Shown one piece after another: positions 50,301 through 60,640 of a stretch of 64,000 bases of DNA; the stretch's first letter is position 1, and each line of letters starts with the position of its first letter. A model generated the notes under the pieces. That model did not search any database and was not told the DNA's origin. It saw nothing but the letters and a program-made list of their open reading frames with translations. Origin of the DNA: a virus; IMG/VR virus record IMGVR_UViG_3300002835_000030, positions 64,649 to 128,648 of that record; one strand, given 5' to 3'. A program made the position numbers and the translations under genes.

Positions 50301-53300
50301 AATTAAATTTGGGTACTTACACAATGCCGAATATTGATGAACAAATTAAAACATCATATTATGATTTACAAAATCCACTAGGTAGTGTGTATAATTACTA
50401 TTCTACAGATATCTTTGGCGATTGTTTTGGTGAATCAGTTATAATAAAAGAAGTTGTAAATACAAATAACAATATTGTTGCGATACCTAATTCTATTTTA
50501 GATGACCCCTCACTTATGAATCCTTCTAATTGGGAAGTTCATGTAATTGATGAATATGGTAGAGTTAGTTTTGAACCTATCATATACGATAATAATTTTA
50601 TCATAGATTGGGATAGTACAGAAGAAGTTAGTGATTTATATCAGTTAATTGCAGAGTTTTACGGGTATCAGTTTGGGTATTTTACCATTGATCAAAATAG
50701 TGGTTTATTAATACCATATACTGGTGAAAATATTTATTCTAATAATCCTAACACTATATTTAGTGCGGCGGTTGACCCTAATAGGGTTGGGTGTAATGAT
50801 TTTAATAACGTTTCAGTTGTATTCGGAAGTGAGAATTGGCAAGGTTTTAAATTACCCGAATTAGAAGATTGTAGTTGTACAATAGATTTCTCTTTTGACT
50901 ATATGTTAAAATATGAAGCTAGTAATTTGATTGAATGTGCAAATAAAATATCATGTAATCCCGCAATTATATATGATAACACAATTAGTAATATTAATTG
51001 TTTAAATTTTGTCGCATTTACAAATAGTGTAGATGAATCACAAACATTGCAAGGTAATTTTAACGATAGAGAAGATGTAACTGAAGAATATATTATTTGG
51101 CAAAATACGAATATATTAGAGCCTAACATAGAATGTTGTAGTGCTTTGGGCGGAAATGTCGTTTCAGTAACACAGTGGGCATCCGTAAACCAAATATGGG
51201 TTTCACAGATAAATACTACTTATGGAGAATTATTTAATAATCCCACACAAGACTTATTGGCGACATTAAACTTCAATACTGCGGAAATATTACAATTCAT
51301 TGAAAAATATAAAACGACTAAGGAGAATGTAGAGAATCAAATAACAGGATGTTTCAACTTATCTCTAACATTCCCAAATTGTGACATAGAATACAATAAT
51401 TATATAACAACACAAAATGTTTGTAATTTAGAGGTACCGTTAGAATGTGGTATATGGTCTAAATTATTGTCAGATTATAAAGCATTAGAAACTGCGATAA
51501 CAAATGTTATTGAAAAATATAATTTATTGTGTAGTGAACCGATAAATGGGGCTATTTCACAAATAGACGTTATTAAAACCTTTAATAGATTAACCACTCA
51601 ACAGACAAACGAATTAGAAAAATTAAAAATTAGTGAAGATAAACTTAGAAAACAAATTCTATTAATACAAAATGATGTTAGTGTAAAAAGTGGGGATAAT
51701 ACTATCATTGAAAAGGCAATTACTAATGTGGATAACCCATTAGATTGTTCAGTATATGAAAATAAAATAAGTGAAATCAGAAACTTTGACTATAATTCGT
51801 ATTGTAATAGTTTAATTTATGGTGATATTAACTCTAATGATGGTAGCAAACAAAATGAATTTACTGTTTGTATATCTACAAAAACATTAGAAAATCAGAA
51901 TGAAGAATTATTATATTCTCAATTATTAGAAGATTGTGTCTATAAAAATAGATTAAATGAAGAACTGATTAATGTAAAATTTGATAATAACCAAACTCTA
52001 ATTAGTGAAATTGAAAAACAACTGTTAGATATCAATAATAACATCAATAGATTAACTACAGATTATAATAATACTATTAGTTACGATGAATCCAAACAGG
52101 CATCAATAATAGAAAATAATGATACGCAAAATACAATTATTAAAACTGCGGAATTATTAAACAGTAACACTGAAAATATTACTGACAATTCTGGTAATTT
52201 AGTTTTAACTGATAGTCAAAAAATAGAACTAAACATTATCTACAATAAAAATATATCACAAATAAGTGATTTATCTATAGAACTTGAAGAAACAAATGTT
52301 CTATTAAATCAAAACTTAATAGGGCAAAATACGATAATATCGGGTACTAAGGTTGAACAAGATAATATAGGTAATATAGGTAATATATTATTAGAACCAC
52401 TATCTGATGGGACAATAAATAGTGGAGATGGTATATGTGCATTAATTAATCCATCATTATTTACCTCTTCACTATCGGGTGCATTATTATATAATGGTTT
52501 AAATATTCCATTAGAATGTTGTAACTCCACCGCAATCCCATTTGATGGTACATTTACTTTTATTGGGCGAGAATGTTTTTTTAATAATAATCAGGTAGAA
52601 ATAAAAAATTGTTGTGATGAAATCGATACATTAGTGATCCAACAATCATTAGAAGAACTCCAATATGAGATACCTATTATAGAACAAAAAACTCAAGAAT
52701 GTTATGACAAATGGTATGATACGTTGGTAGAAGATTATGAGGTTTACGTAGAAGAAAATAATAGTAATTTTAATTCGTATTTAAATAAATTAAAAGTTAA
52801 TTTTAAATTATTTGTTAATAATACAAATGATGATACACAGACAAATATAGACACAGGTTTAACTTATTTACCATACACACAAAATGTCAACCCAATATGG
52901 GAATGGGATCCTACAAATGGGTATACTGGAGTTATTTTAGAAGGTACTGAACAAGAGATTTCGGTTATTGAAGATAGTATATTTAATCAACTATCTAAAC
53001 TAAATGTACCATATAACTCAGAGATGTTTGAACCTGAGTGGCAAACATTTAATTTTACAATACCAGAGTGTGTATGTGACGATTTACGAAGATTATACCC
53101 TAATAAAGAATTCTTCTTCTCTATAGGTATAGAGAATTATGAGTGTTCACTATGTTTATTGGTCGATAATATACAAGTTAATGTTGCGGATTGTCAAACA
53201 AATAGAATACTTTCAATAAACGATTGTATGATACCACAATTAAGTTGTGTTATAGATAATAAAAAATCGTGGGTTTATTATGATGATGGTGTAGTTAAAC

Positions 53301-55312
53301 AAACCATTTACCCTAATGGTGACTGTAACACGGGTTCCACATCTAATTATGAAATTGTTAAATTAGGTGAGCAACAAGAGAGACTGTGGTTAGATTTAGA
53401 ATATAGATATACTAATTATCATATTAACCATTCTGATTTAATATTAAATGTTAAAAATGCAACATTCAGTATTGACCCTGCAAAGGCAATAGAATGTGAT
53501 GTATTTAATTATTGGAAAAACATTGATTGTGATAATTGTACAAATAGTTGTACATCTGCGAGTACAGTTATATTTAGTGGGCAAGTTTATAGTTCTACTA
53601 CATTAGAAAATTATACTTTAGATTTATCGGCATCAACATCGGGATTAACATTTAGTTGTTCTACGTTTACAGATTTATTAGAAACTCAAGTATTGGAATT
53701 GAAAAATAGTTACTATACACTAACCTCAAATTATACTACATCACTAAATGCGACTTATTATGAATTATTAAATTTAGGTTCTTCACTAAGTAAATTTAGT
53801 ATACAAAAAAATAATTGTGGTACGGATACTATAGTATTAAATAATAATCAAGAAATTGATAATTTATTTGGGTTAATTACTGAAAATTATGATGGTACTA
53901 TATCATTTTATGAATCTTATATTTACACAGGTACTACACCATACACTGGCGGTACTTTAGTTGAAGTTTTAAGTGGTATAACTGCACAAACATTCAACCA
54001 AACTCCATTTGTAAATTCTGGTTGTTGTAAAACAATTAACAATTTACTTAATAGTGAAGGTGTGGTTGGTTTAGGTTTAGGTAAGGACTATCAATGGGAC
54101 AGTAATATCAGTGCCTGTGTTTGGAAACCAATAAATGGTTGTTCTAATTGTAATGGAGACTGTGAATATTGTGGTACATTAAACGAGTGTTCTAATGGTT
54201 TTTATACTGGTACACCTTATAATGTCTGTATTAACCCTATAGATTATTTAGATGTACAACCATCAGAGATTAATATTAAATCAGTGTTTGATCAATTAGT
54301 ACAAACTAATTTAATTGACGTTAAGAGTAGACAAACTATTAGTGATTATCCATTATTAAGATTATTTTATGAATTATATCTAAACGCTAGTAATTGTGGT
54401 AAAGACTTATCGGGTAAATATACATACGATACTATGTTTGAGTTTATGGATAAGATTGGTGACTTTTGGTTAGACTTATTGGAACAAGTGGTACCTGCAA
54501 CTACAATATGGGAAGGTTGTGATAATTCGGGTAAAATATATAGAAATACTATTTTTGATAATAATAAATTTAATTATAAAAAATATACTTTAAATTTCAT
54601 TGATGCGGACGATAATTGTCCATTATCTGCACAAACAGATTTTAGTATTGGTTCTGAAACTAAACATTCATTAGTAGAACAAAAACCTATATATCCGTCA
54701 AGTCCTGAGATAACACAAGTTAAGACAGACATTTTAAATAAAGAATTAGAGATATCACTACTTAAGAAACAAATTTCATCAGAACAAAGTAAGTTATGTT
54801 CGATAAGACTACAAGATTTGGATACCCCTAATTTACAAGATTTAATAGATGTACAACAAACCCAAATTGATTTACTTAATAGTGAGTTAGTTAATTTAGA
54901 ACAAGAATTGATAGATTTAAATGCACAATTAGATGAAATTGAAAATGTGTATCTACTACAACAACAAAATTATTATATGAATTTTATGAGTTGTAGTGGT
55001 ATAACACAAAATTTAATAAACACACAAAATAGTTTATCTGGGTTTACACAAGGTACTACTACATATGAAACACAAAGAAACTTTATTGCAGGACTTAGAG
55101 ATAAATACAATAAGTGTGTTAGGAAGGCGAACACATTAATAAGTGATTATAATACAGTATTTATAACACAAATATATGACAGTAATGAATATGAAGGAAA
55201 TGTAGAGATATTTGGTGATCCAGATTTTGACACACCTAACTTCATTAAAACATTACCCCCAGAACAAGTATCTGGATGGTATTATAATCAAGAATTAATA
55301 CATAACTGTTAA
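47396..55312 (+). CDS. Giant baseplate wedge protein (gp7/gpI-like core) with Cys-rich and coiled-coil expansions
   Basis: LYRRLILN.AWLWKSKG.RKAVEFL.RFIG.P motif; C-terminal W..L.EQ.VPATTIW..G...RN.IF; 2638 aa. Confidence 0.65.
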   Translation: MAKNNRIKIAGYAKRIFFNDNIEYRNFSPDLVGFQLTSNGGTTLFTNGNFSISINLDPKPNVLFTQSTKSKFYTLDDIITSGNTQLDIQNNVKAKLNIDITNPLSYIWYGSTSEMIRASLLDIQENWPAAIYVDNKVGSVTGNNITDYVYDISSDESTFKVNSNFFINPYVIKYTEDSKYVETNSAENPLRNFTLKYGSYVIEHNGIVKNIKSITPATQKTNSELTLVVDGNPFPELTGIYIPQYSFLSNNIDASIPYLIKPNESEIEKFFSGLDDFQRTILNREINPIYRAEIISSNYTDDGVLLTSKKVYDFPVMDDGYNLNFFDTFYISYLSKLTKLGEGLDQTNTDIIFRKYTTEAINSFDTMPKTDGDDLTLNGEKATKLIRIYGVEFDYLKKYINGIKFAHVVTYNKRNNLPDVLVKDLAFMLGLEPINFISDSSFSKLYLPSNGGGKFSGTSTNLTEEQIDNELYRRLILNIAWLWKSKGSRKAVEFLFRFIGAPESLVNFNEYIVVVDKPLDIEEIKRLLYIYTGKVDLSNIPYDDNGFPLPPVNGELVISNFIDTETGEVVENGITEMYFQKAGGWYRETYGSNVLTVLNGNNPHVGPYDGGSEYLQYFSRCYIPNFDNEPTVVITADTIRQNYFVNYNYGIFNGIPSGTTFYTNQLTYNDKTGKYQPIDNCLNVNYSIIDTPLQNDGKTTLQQAFVQAEAEYNTFLELIQKDSYLVYSPEWQVIKNNYELSLKNCLNEISTEDCDTNKTLEICLNEVEVETTQYSCDNLLLKECSPFFYYEDGNGNKVSFDKFPQCCENNNGNFVSYVNEYGRLTEYCTTKAPCIGKPLEPLENGIVPFLMTENVVPDNIFQLYDRCYQYIYEQTIPLSEFEVVIGYTPQEIITSFLSGDYQISMSFEILFREVSCDITSVVSSPECCAYYGMNYTIVIDGEKEYIVCLKNNLNGLSDEQVPQFILQNKLNLGTYTMPNIDEQIKTSYYDLQNPLGSVYNYYSTDIFGDCFGESVIIKEVVNTNNNIVAIPNSILDDPSLMNPSNWEVHVIDEYGRVSFEPIIYDNNFIIDWDSTEEVSDLYQLIAEFYGYQFGYFTIDQNSGLLIPYTGENIYSNNPNTIFSAAVDPNRVGCNDFNNVSVVFGSENWQGFKLPELEDCSCTIDFSFDYMLKYEASNLIECANKISCNPAIIYDNTISNINCLNFVAFTNSVDESQTLQGNFNDREDVTEEYIIWQNTNILEPNIECCSALGGNVVSVTQWASVNQIWVSQINTTYGELFNNPTQDLLATLNFNTAEILQFIEKYKTTKENVENQITGCFNLSLTFPNCDIEYNNYITTQNVCNLEVPLECGIWSKLLSDYKALETAITNVIEKYNLLCSEPINGAISQIDVIKTFNRLTTQQTNELEKLKISEDKLRKQILLIQNDVSVKSGDNTIIEKAITNVDNPLDCSVYENKISEIRNFDYNSYCNSLIYGDINSNDGSKQNEFTVCISTKTLENQNEELLYSQLLEDCVYKNRLNEELINVKFDNNQTLISEIEKQLLDINNNINRLTTDYNNTISYDESKQASIIENNDTQNTIIKTAELLNSNTENITDNSGNLVLTDSQKIELNIIYNKNISQISDLSIELEETNVLLNQNLIGQNTIISGTKVEQDNIGNIGNILLEPLSDGTINSGDGICALINPSLFTSSLSGALLYNGLNIPLECCNSTAIPFDGTFTFIGRECFFNNNQVEIKNCCDEIDTLVIQQSLEELQYEIPIIEQKTQECYDKWYDTLVEDYEVYVEENNSNFNSYLNKLKVNFKLFVNNTNDDTQTNIDTGLTYLPYTQNVNPIWEWDPTNGYTGVILEGTEQEISVIEDSIFNQLSKLNVPYNSEMFEPEWQTFNFTIPECVCDDLRRLYPNKEFFFSIGIENYECSLCLLVDNIQVNVADCQTNRILSINDCMIPQLSCVIDNKKSWVYYDDGVVKQTIYPNGDCNTGSTSNYEIVKLGEQQERLWLDLEYRYTNYHINHSDLILNVKNATFSIDPAKAIECDVFNYWKNIDCDNCTNSCTSASTVIFSGQVYSSTTLENYTLDLSASTSGLTFSCSTFTDLLETQVLELKNSYYTLTSNYTTSLNATYYELLNLGSSLSKFSIQKNNCGTDTIVLNNNQEIDNLFGLITENYDGTISFYESYIYTGTTPYTGGTLVEVLSGITAQTFNQTPFVNSGCCKTINNLLNSEGVVGLGLGKDYQWDSNISACVWKPINGCSNCNGDCEYCGTLNECSNGFYTGTPYNVCINPIDYLDVQPSEINIKSVFDQLVQTNLIDVKSRQTISDYPLLRLFYELYLNASNCGKDLSGKYTYDTMFEFMDKIGDFWLDLLEQVVPATTIWEGCDNSGKIYRNTIFDNNKFNYKKYTLNFIDADDNCPLSAQTDFSIGSETKHSLVEQKPIYPSSPEITQVKTDILNKELEISLLKKQISSEQSKLCSIRLQDLDTPNLQDLIDVQQTQIDLLNSELVNLEQELIDLNAQLDEIENVYLLQQQNYYMNFMSCSGITQNLINTQNSLSGFTQGTTTYETQRNFIAGLRDKYNKCVRKANTLISDYNTVFITQIYDSNEYEGNVEIFGDPDFDTPNFIKTLPPEQVSGWYYNQELIHNC

Positions 55313-55355
55313 CGATTTAAGTTAATTTTTTAATATTTATAATAAAAAGAAAAAG

Positions 55356-55433
55356 ATGTCATTAAAAAGATCAACCGACATAAAATTTATTAGTGATTTT
55401 GAACTAATTGATTTATCATATAAGTTAATATAA
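55356..55433 (+). CDS. Possible 25 aa ORF between the ATATTTATA motif and ORF 55441
   Basis: ATG 14 nt after the motif at 55333-55341; MSLKRSTDIKFISDFELIDLSYKLI. Confidence 0.3.
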   Translation: MSLKRSTDIKFISDFELIDLSYKLI

Positions 55434-55440
55434 TTTAAAT

Positions 55441-58347
55441 ATGGCAGGAATTAGAGGTAAAATAGTAAATCCGATATCGATAGGTGGTGAAGTTATTACT
55501 GAAATTGAATCACCTATTAACTTAAATATAGGTACTGATATGAATTATCAGGCATCCTCTACGTCCACATTTTTAAAAACAGAAAAATCATTATTCCTAC
55601 CTACAGATTTATCTAGGGTAGACGATATATTTTTATTGTCGAAACCTGATAAATACGGACAAACCATATTTAGAAATAGATTAACAGAAAAAACAATACC
55701 ATTAAATTTTTCTGGTAATGTAAGTGATATAAATTCCGAAATTGAAATTACTGAAAATAATGAAATATTATATATAGATAATGGTAAAAAATATCAATTA
55801 TTGTCTAGTAGAAGTGAAAGTAATAACTACGGATGGGAACCTGTAAGTAATAGGGCAAAATATAACCATATAGAGCGATCAGACTTTGATAGTTTTGATT
55901 TTCCACAAATTACAATTAGAGGTGTTAGAAAAATACCTGCTACTACTGCAGATACTTTATGTGGTCCGGTAACATATACTGGTGAAACATATGATAGGAT
56001 GAATTATAATTGGTTCTTCGGGAAAAACGCGGCAATATCTTTTAACCCAATACAAAGCGGTGGTACTCCAGTTATATTAAGTGGGGCGATGGAATCACAA
56101 GAAGGTGTTGCGTCGATATCTAATAAAGAAGGGCAACTATTATTCTATACAAATGGTGAGACGGTATATACTAGTGGAAACACTGTTATGACTAATGGTA
56201 CGGGACTATCTAGTTCGGGAACTTCAACACAGTCAGTTGTTATTGTCCCTAAACCAGAGTCCGATAAGTATTATTTGTTTACAACAGATTACAACGGTAA
56301 CCCTAATGGATTTGAATATTCTATAGTTAATATGGGATCACAAAACGTAGATGGGGTAGTTGAAACAAAAAATATTAAATTAATCAATACACCATTAAGT
56401 GAAAAAGTTACTGCGTGTAGTAATACATCAGAAGATTCTTATTGGATTATAACACATACAAGTGGTGATACATCATATTATACATATAAATTATCTTCTA
56501 CGGGATTAAGTGGACCGATAATCACAAATATCGGTTCCACACACAATACTGCGAGAGGATATATGAAGACATCACCTGATTGCTCTAAATTAATATCTTT
56601 ATTATATGATGAGGATATTATAGACATTTTTGATTTCGATTCCACAGGTGGTACGTTAAGTAATTTTATATCATTAACAGGAATGACTTTTGATATTGGA
56701 CCTTATGGGTTGGAGTTTTCTTCAGATTCTTCTAAGTTTTATGTTAGTGAAGGTGCGGGTGAAAAAGTATATCAGTTTGATTTAACTTACACCTCTTCTA
56801 CTGAAATGATAGACAATGTAATTGAGGTAGGTAATATTAGTGGGGCGAGTTTTGGGGCGCTACAATTAGCGCCTGATGAGAGAATCTATCTTGCAGATTA
56901 TAACAATACTAATTTACATATTATACATAGACCTAATGGTTTGGGTGTACAATGTAATTTTGAAAGTAGTGGTATATCTTTAACTAATAGTACTATTACC
57001 GGTACGTCATCATATTGGGGGTTACCTAATATTATAACAGATAAATCTATTTCTTGTGATCGGTCAGTTTATATTATACCTAAAAGTAGAACAGGGTATT
57101 TATTTGACGTTTTAGTGAATAATGTTAATAATGTAGTTGAACCGAAGAAACTTTCATTGTTTGGTGAGGTTTATAGATACGAACAAAGTATTGGTGAATT
57201 TACTAAATCTGCATTATCTAATTTTGTTATAGATTATAATGATTTAACTGCCAATACAAGTAATAACATTTTTATACCTACATTAAATATAGGTGAGGGT
57301 GAATTTTTAATAAAATCTTATTGGACTTATAATGTGAATACGTTATTAGCGAAGAAACAAAAAGTCGTAAAAAATAGTATTAATACATATAAAAGAGGTG
57401 AATTATATGGTTTATATGTTCCCGAAACGGATTGGTATTTTATATCCTTATTTGAATCACAAAAACCACTATTTAATAGTTCTGTCGCACCTCAACCACA
57501 AAACATAGGTAATCTAGTAGTACAAAGTAGGTTTACTGAAAGTGGTACTACTGAGTACGTAGTAAATGGTTTATCTGACCCAATAGTCTCATATAATGGT
57601 TCTGTATTGGCTAAGAATATTGAATATAGTGCGGTAACCTCCGCAACTACACCATATATTAAATTATTATTTAATCCATTACCTAATCAAGTTTTAACAT
57701 ACGCTTATATTAATAATGGTGGTAGTAACGATTTGTTGGCGGATTTATATACGATATCTACAACAATAAAAAGTGGTGCAACTGGCACTCAATCATCTAC
57801 TGATAGGGTATTTTATAACACCACAGAAAATAAATATGAGTTTTATTTAACTAGTAGCCCTAATAGTGATGTTATTTTATCTTTAAATGGTACTATATTA
57901 AGTAAAGATGTTGAATATTATTTATCTGCTTCTAATAGTAGAAGAGTTATATTTGATGATAATTTAGTTGTTGGGGATATAATAGAGGCATTTTATGTTC
58001 CTACCGCGGCGATAAATGGGTTAGTACCTAATAATACACCTACAATTAGTTGGTATATCAACGAAGCCCCAGCGCAATCATATGGTAAGTTCACAATAGA
58101 GGTGACTGACCCTAGTGACGAATTTTTTGAAACCGTAGTGTATAGTTTTGTCGTTGATTATATTATAGGACAAAAAACATATAGTGATACCATAACATTG
58201 ACAAATGCCGTTGCAGGTGATAAATTTATATATAGGGTTAAAAATGAAAAATTTTATACCCCCATTAATGGTGAAACTATTTATAGTGTGAACTATAGTG
58301 ACGTAAATCGTATAGAAATACAATTTAATAGTGGGCAATCATATTAA
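55441..58347 (+). CDS. Putative tail-associated adhesin with Bacteroidota-type beta-propeller and two V..NG..L....EY repeats
   Basis: NWFFG.NAAI.F, EGVASIS...GQLLFYTNG, STQS..IVP.P, YGLEFS.DS.KFYV, GALQLAPD.RIY. Confidence 0.65.
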   Translation: MAGIRGKIVNPISIGGEVITEIESPINLNIGTDMNYQASSTSTFLKTEKSLFLPTDLSRVDDIFLLSKPDKYGQTIFRNRLTEKTIPLNFSGNVSDINSEIEITENNEILYIDNGKKYQLLSSRSESNNYGWEPVSNRAKYNHIERSDFDSFDFPQITIRGVRKIPATTADTLCGPVTYTGETYDRMNYNWFFGKNAAISFNPIQSGGTPVILSGAMESQEGVASISNKEGQLLFYTNGETVYTSGNTVMTNGTGLSSSGTSTQSVVIVPKPESDKYYLFTTDYNGNPNGFEYSIVNMGSQNVDGVVETKNIKLINTPLSEKVTACSNTSEDSYWIITHTSGDTSYYTYKLSSTGLSGPIITNIGSTHNTARGYMKTSPDCSKLISLLYDEDIIDIFDFDSTGGTLSNFISLTGMTFDIGPYGLEFSSDSSKFYVSEGAGEKVYQFDLTYTSSTEMIDNVIEVGNISGASFGALQLAPDERIYLADYNNTNLHIIHRPNGLGVQCNFESSGISLTNSTITGTSSYWGLPNIITDKSISCDRSVYIIPKSRTGYLFDVLVNNVNNVVEPKKLSLFGEVYRYEQSIGEFTKSALSNFVIDYNDLTANTSNNIFIPTLNIGEGEFLIKSYWTYNVNTLLAKKQKVVKNSINTYKRGELYGLYVPETDWYFISLFESQKPLFNSSVAPQPQNIGNLVVQSRFTESGTTEYVVNGLSDPIVSYNGSVLAKNIEYSAVTSATTPYIKLLFNPLPNQVLTYAYINNGGSNDLLADLYTISTTIKSGATGTQSSTDRVFYNTTENKYEFYLTSSPNSDVILSLNGTILSKDVEYYLSASNSRRVIFDDNLVVGDIIEAFYVPTAAINGLVPNNTPTISWYINEAPAQSYGKFTIEVTDPSDEFFETVVYSFVVDYIIGQKTYSDTITLTNAVAGDKFIYRVKNEKFYTPINGETIYSVNYSDVNRIEIQFNSGQSY

Positions 58348-58389
58348 AATAATAACATTTGATATATTTATTAATAAATAAAAGAGGAA

Positions 58390-60630
58390 ATGAGTTACAT
58401 TAATAAACAAAATACTACCTTAGTAAGAGTTAAATTAACTGATATAGGTAGAGAACAATTGGCAAAAGGACAGTTAACCTTTACTAATTATATGATTGGC
58501 GATTCAGAAGTCGATTATAATTATGTTAAAGGGTGGAGTGAATTCGTACCCAATGAGGGTGCAACAACAGGACAATTTTGGTTTCCTGAAGCGAATGGTA
58601 ATATAACTAAAAATATTTTTTCAAAAGTTTTAAGACCAAAAGACGATAACCCCTTCTTTTCTTCATTTCTTTTAAACCAAAGTAATCAATTTATATTTCC
58701 TCTAAACCAACAAAGTAATATACAATTAATAAAGGGTATTGTTACCAATGAAGCGGACGATAGAGGGTTCTTTTCCGGATCAACAGTAGACACAGGTTTA
58801 GTACCTCAAATCGGTACAGATTTCATTAAAGAAACTGGCACCATAGACTTAGTTAATTTTGATGGTTCTATAGATGTTACTACCTTCACACAAGGTATCT
58901 TATCGGGTATTACATTGTCTAATACAGAAGTTAATGATTATATTGTGTTTAGGTTTACAAACCCGACATTAGGGGATCAAACTGGGTCGACAATGACTGC
59001 CGCGACAATAAATACCACATATAATATTACATCTATTAGTGGTTCTACAATTAAAGTAGATAGGGTATTACCATCATTAAATGCGTATTCGGGGACTCTA
59101 ATTACGTATTATACTTTACCTGGTGGTGATAACCCCACAGATGATTACTACGGAACTAATTCATTGGCGGCGTATTGGAACACAGGCACTTTATCATTTG
59201 ATAGTAGTTGTGATATATGTAATGAAAATATTCCAGTGTGGAATATGAACAATGTGTGGACTGAAAACCCCGCAGGACTTTATAAAGATTCACCGGTTAA
59301 TTATCACGAACATAGTTTATTCGGTTCGGAACAATTCACAGGTTCTAAACAATATTTAGGTTATAATGAAAATTTAGTTTGTAACGCAAATGGTGCAACA
59401 ACGATATGTGGTACAGATCAACCTATAAGTTACATTGACCCCTATAAGAAATCAATATCTATTTTACACTATTCAAACAGTTGTATATCTAATTTCTATG
59501 GAGAACAATTCTATATCGATCAGGAAACTGGTAAACTTTTAAATTTAGATATCCCTGTTATGTGGCACAGAAGAAATGATGTAGGAACTGCGAGTGGTAC
59601 TACATTAGGCATGAGATTCACTTCAGATACGATTAAGAAAACATTGTCATCTAATAATGATGTTGAGTATTACGATTTAATCGAATATAGTGGTATGTCG
59701 GTAACACCTACAATGCCATTAGTAGTGGGTAAAGTATTCCCACAATTAAAAATTGTAGTTATAGATAATGAGGAGTTGGTTGCTGCAATGTCCTACAAAT
59801 CGAATAGAAACTACACTCTACCCGATTTATCTGCAGACTTAATTGCGTCAGTTAATGGCAATTGTACTGGCGTACTAAAGGCAGGTGAAACATTGTATAT
59901 GACTTATTGGTTAGAGAATGTTGGGACAGGATCTACCGGTACGACAACAGTAACCACACCTACACTACCGTGCCAAAGATATACGGTTATTGATAACAAA
60001 ACGAGTTCTGATAAAGATGTTCAGTTTAGAATTAGTAACATAGATCATTTACCATATATGAGAAAAAGAGAAGATTCTAACTACGATGGTTATGGTTTCT
60101 TCGCAGATTCATTTAAGGTATTAGCGCAAGTAATAAATAGAAATACACAAAACAGACCTTCACCATCAGGATGGAAGGTTGTTGACTTTACATCTACAAA
60201 TATTACGGGAAATAGTGGTGAAACAATTAACCCATTATTACTACAGAATCAAAATCCAAACACTACAGGATTTATATTAACAGGTTCTTTATATACTGGC
60301 GGCACACAATTTAATTTAGGTGAGGAATTAGATATGTCAACTGCACAATATTATGGTAAGATGACTTTTGGGGATGAAAGATTATTCTACGGTAATTTAA
60401 GAACACATATTGCGGCGACAATATATAAATCACTATTTAATATTAATATAGATGGTGCAACAATTGCATCTAGTAGTAATACTACATATGACTTTGGTTT
60501 AGATAGATATGTTAGTGAGATAGGTGTGTTAGATAATAACAATAATTTGGTATTGGTTGGTAAGTTATCTAGACCTATTAGATTGGCAGATTCAACTACC
60601 GCCTCAATAGAACTAACAATAGACTTTTAA
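58390..60630 (+). CDS. Tail/baseplate structural protein (tail-fibre attachment-like)
   Basis: N-terminal VKLT..GRE.LA.G......GDSE.DY; C-terminal SEIG..D....LV..GKL..PI. Confidence 0.6.
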   Translation: MSYINKQNTTLVRVKLTDIGREQLAKGQLTFTNYMIGDSEVDYNYVKGWSEFVPNEGATTGQFWFPEANGNITKNIFSKVLRPKDDNPFFSSFLLNQSNQFIFPLNQQSNIQLIKGIVTNEADDRGFFSGSTVDTGLVPQIGTDFIKETGTIDLVNFDGSIDVTTFTQGILSGITLSNTEVNDYIVFRFTNPTLGDQTGSTMTAATINTTYNITSISGSTIKVDRVLPSLNAYSGTLITYYTLPGGDNPTDDYYGTNSLAAYWNTGTLSFDSSCDICNENIPVWNMNNVWTENPAGLYKDSPVNYHEHSLFGSEQFTGSKQYLGYNENLVCNANGATTICGTDQPISYIDPYKKSISILHYSNSCISNFYGEQFYIDQETGKLLNLDIPVMWHRRNDVGTASGTTLGMRFTSDTIKKTLSSNNDVEYYDLIEYSGMSVTPTMPLVVGKVFPQLKIVVIDNEELVAAMSYKSNRNYTLPDLSADLIASVNGNCTGVLKAGETLYMTYWLENVGTGSTGTTTVTTPTLPCQRYTVIDNKTSSDKDVQFRISNIDHLPYMRKREDSNYDGYGFFADSFKVLAQVINRNTQNRPSPSGWKVVDFTSTNITGNSGETINPLLLQNQNPNTTGFILTGSLYTGGTQFNLGEELDMSTAQYYGKMTFGDERLFYGNLRTHIAATIYKSLFNINIDGATIASSSNTTYDFGLDRYVSEIGVLDNNNNLVLVGKLSRPIRLADSTTASIELTIDF

Positions 60631-60640
60631 ATAATAAAAA

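Noticed and set aside
52363-52387. 9-bp tandem repeat AATATAGGT (NIG-NIG-NI)
   Set aside because: Fewer than three in-frame units; a trivial slippage duplication.
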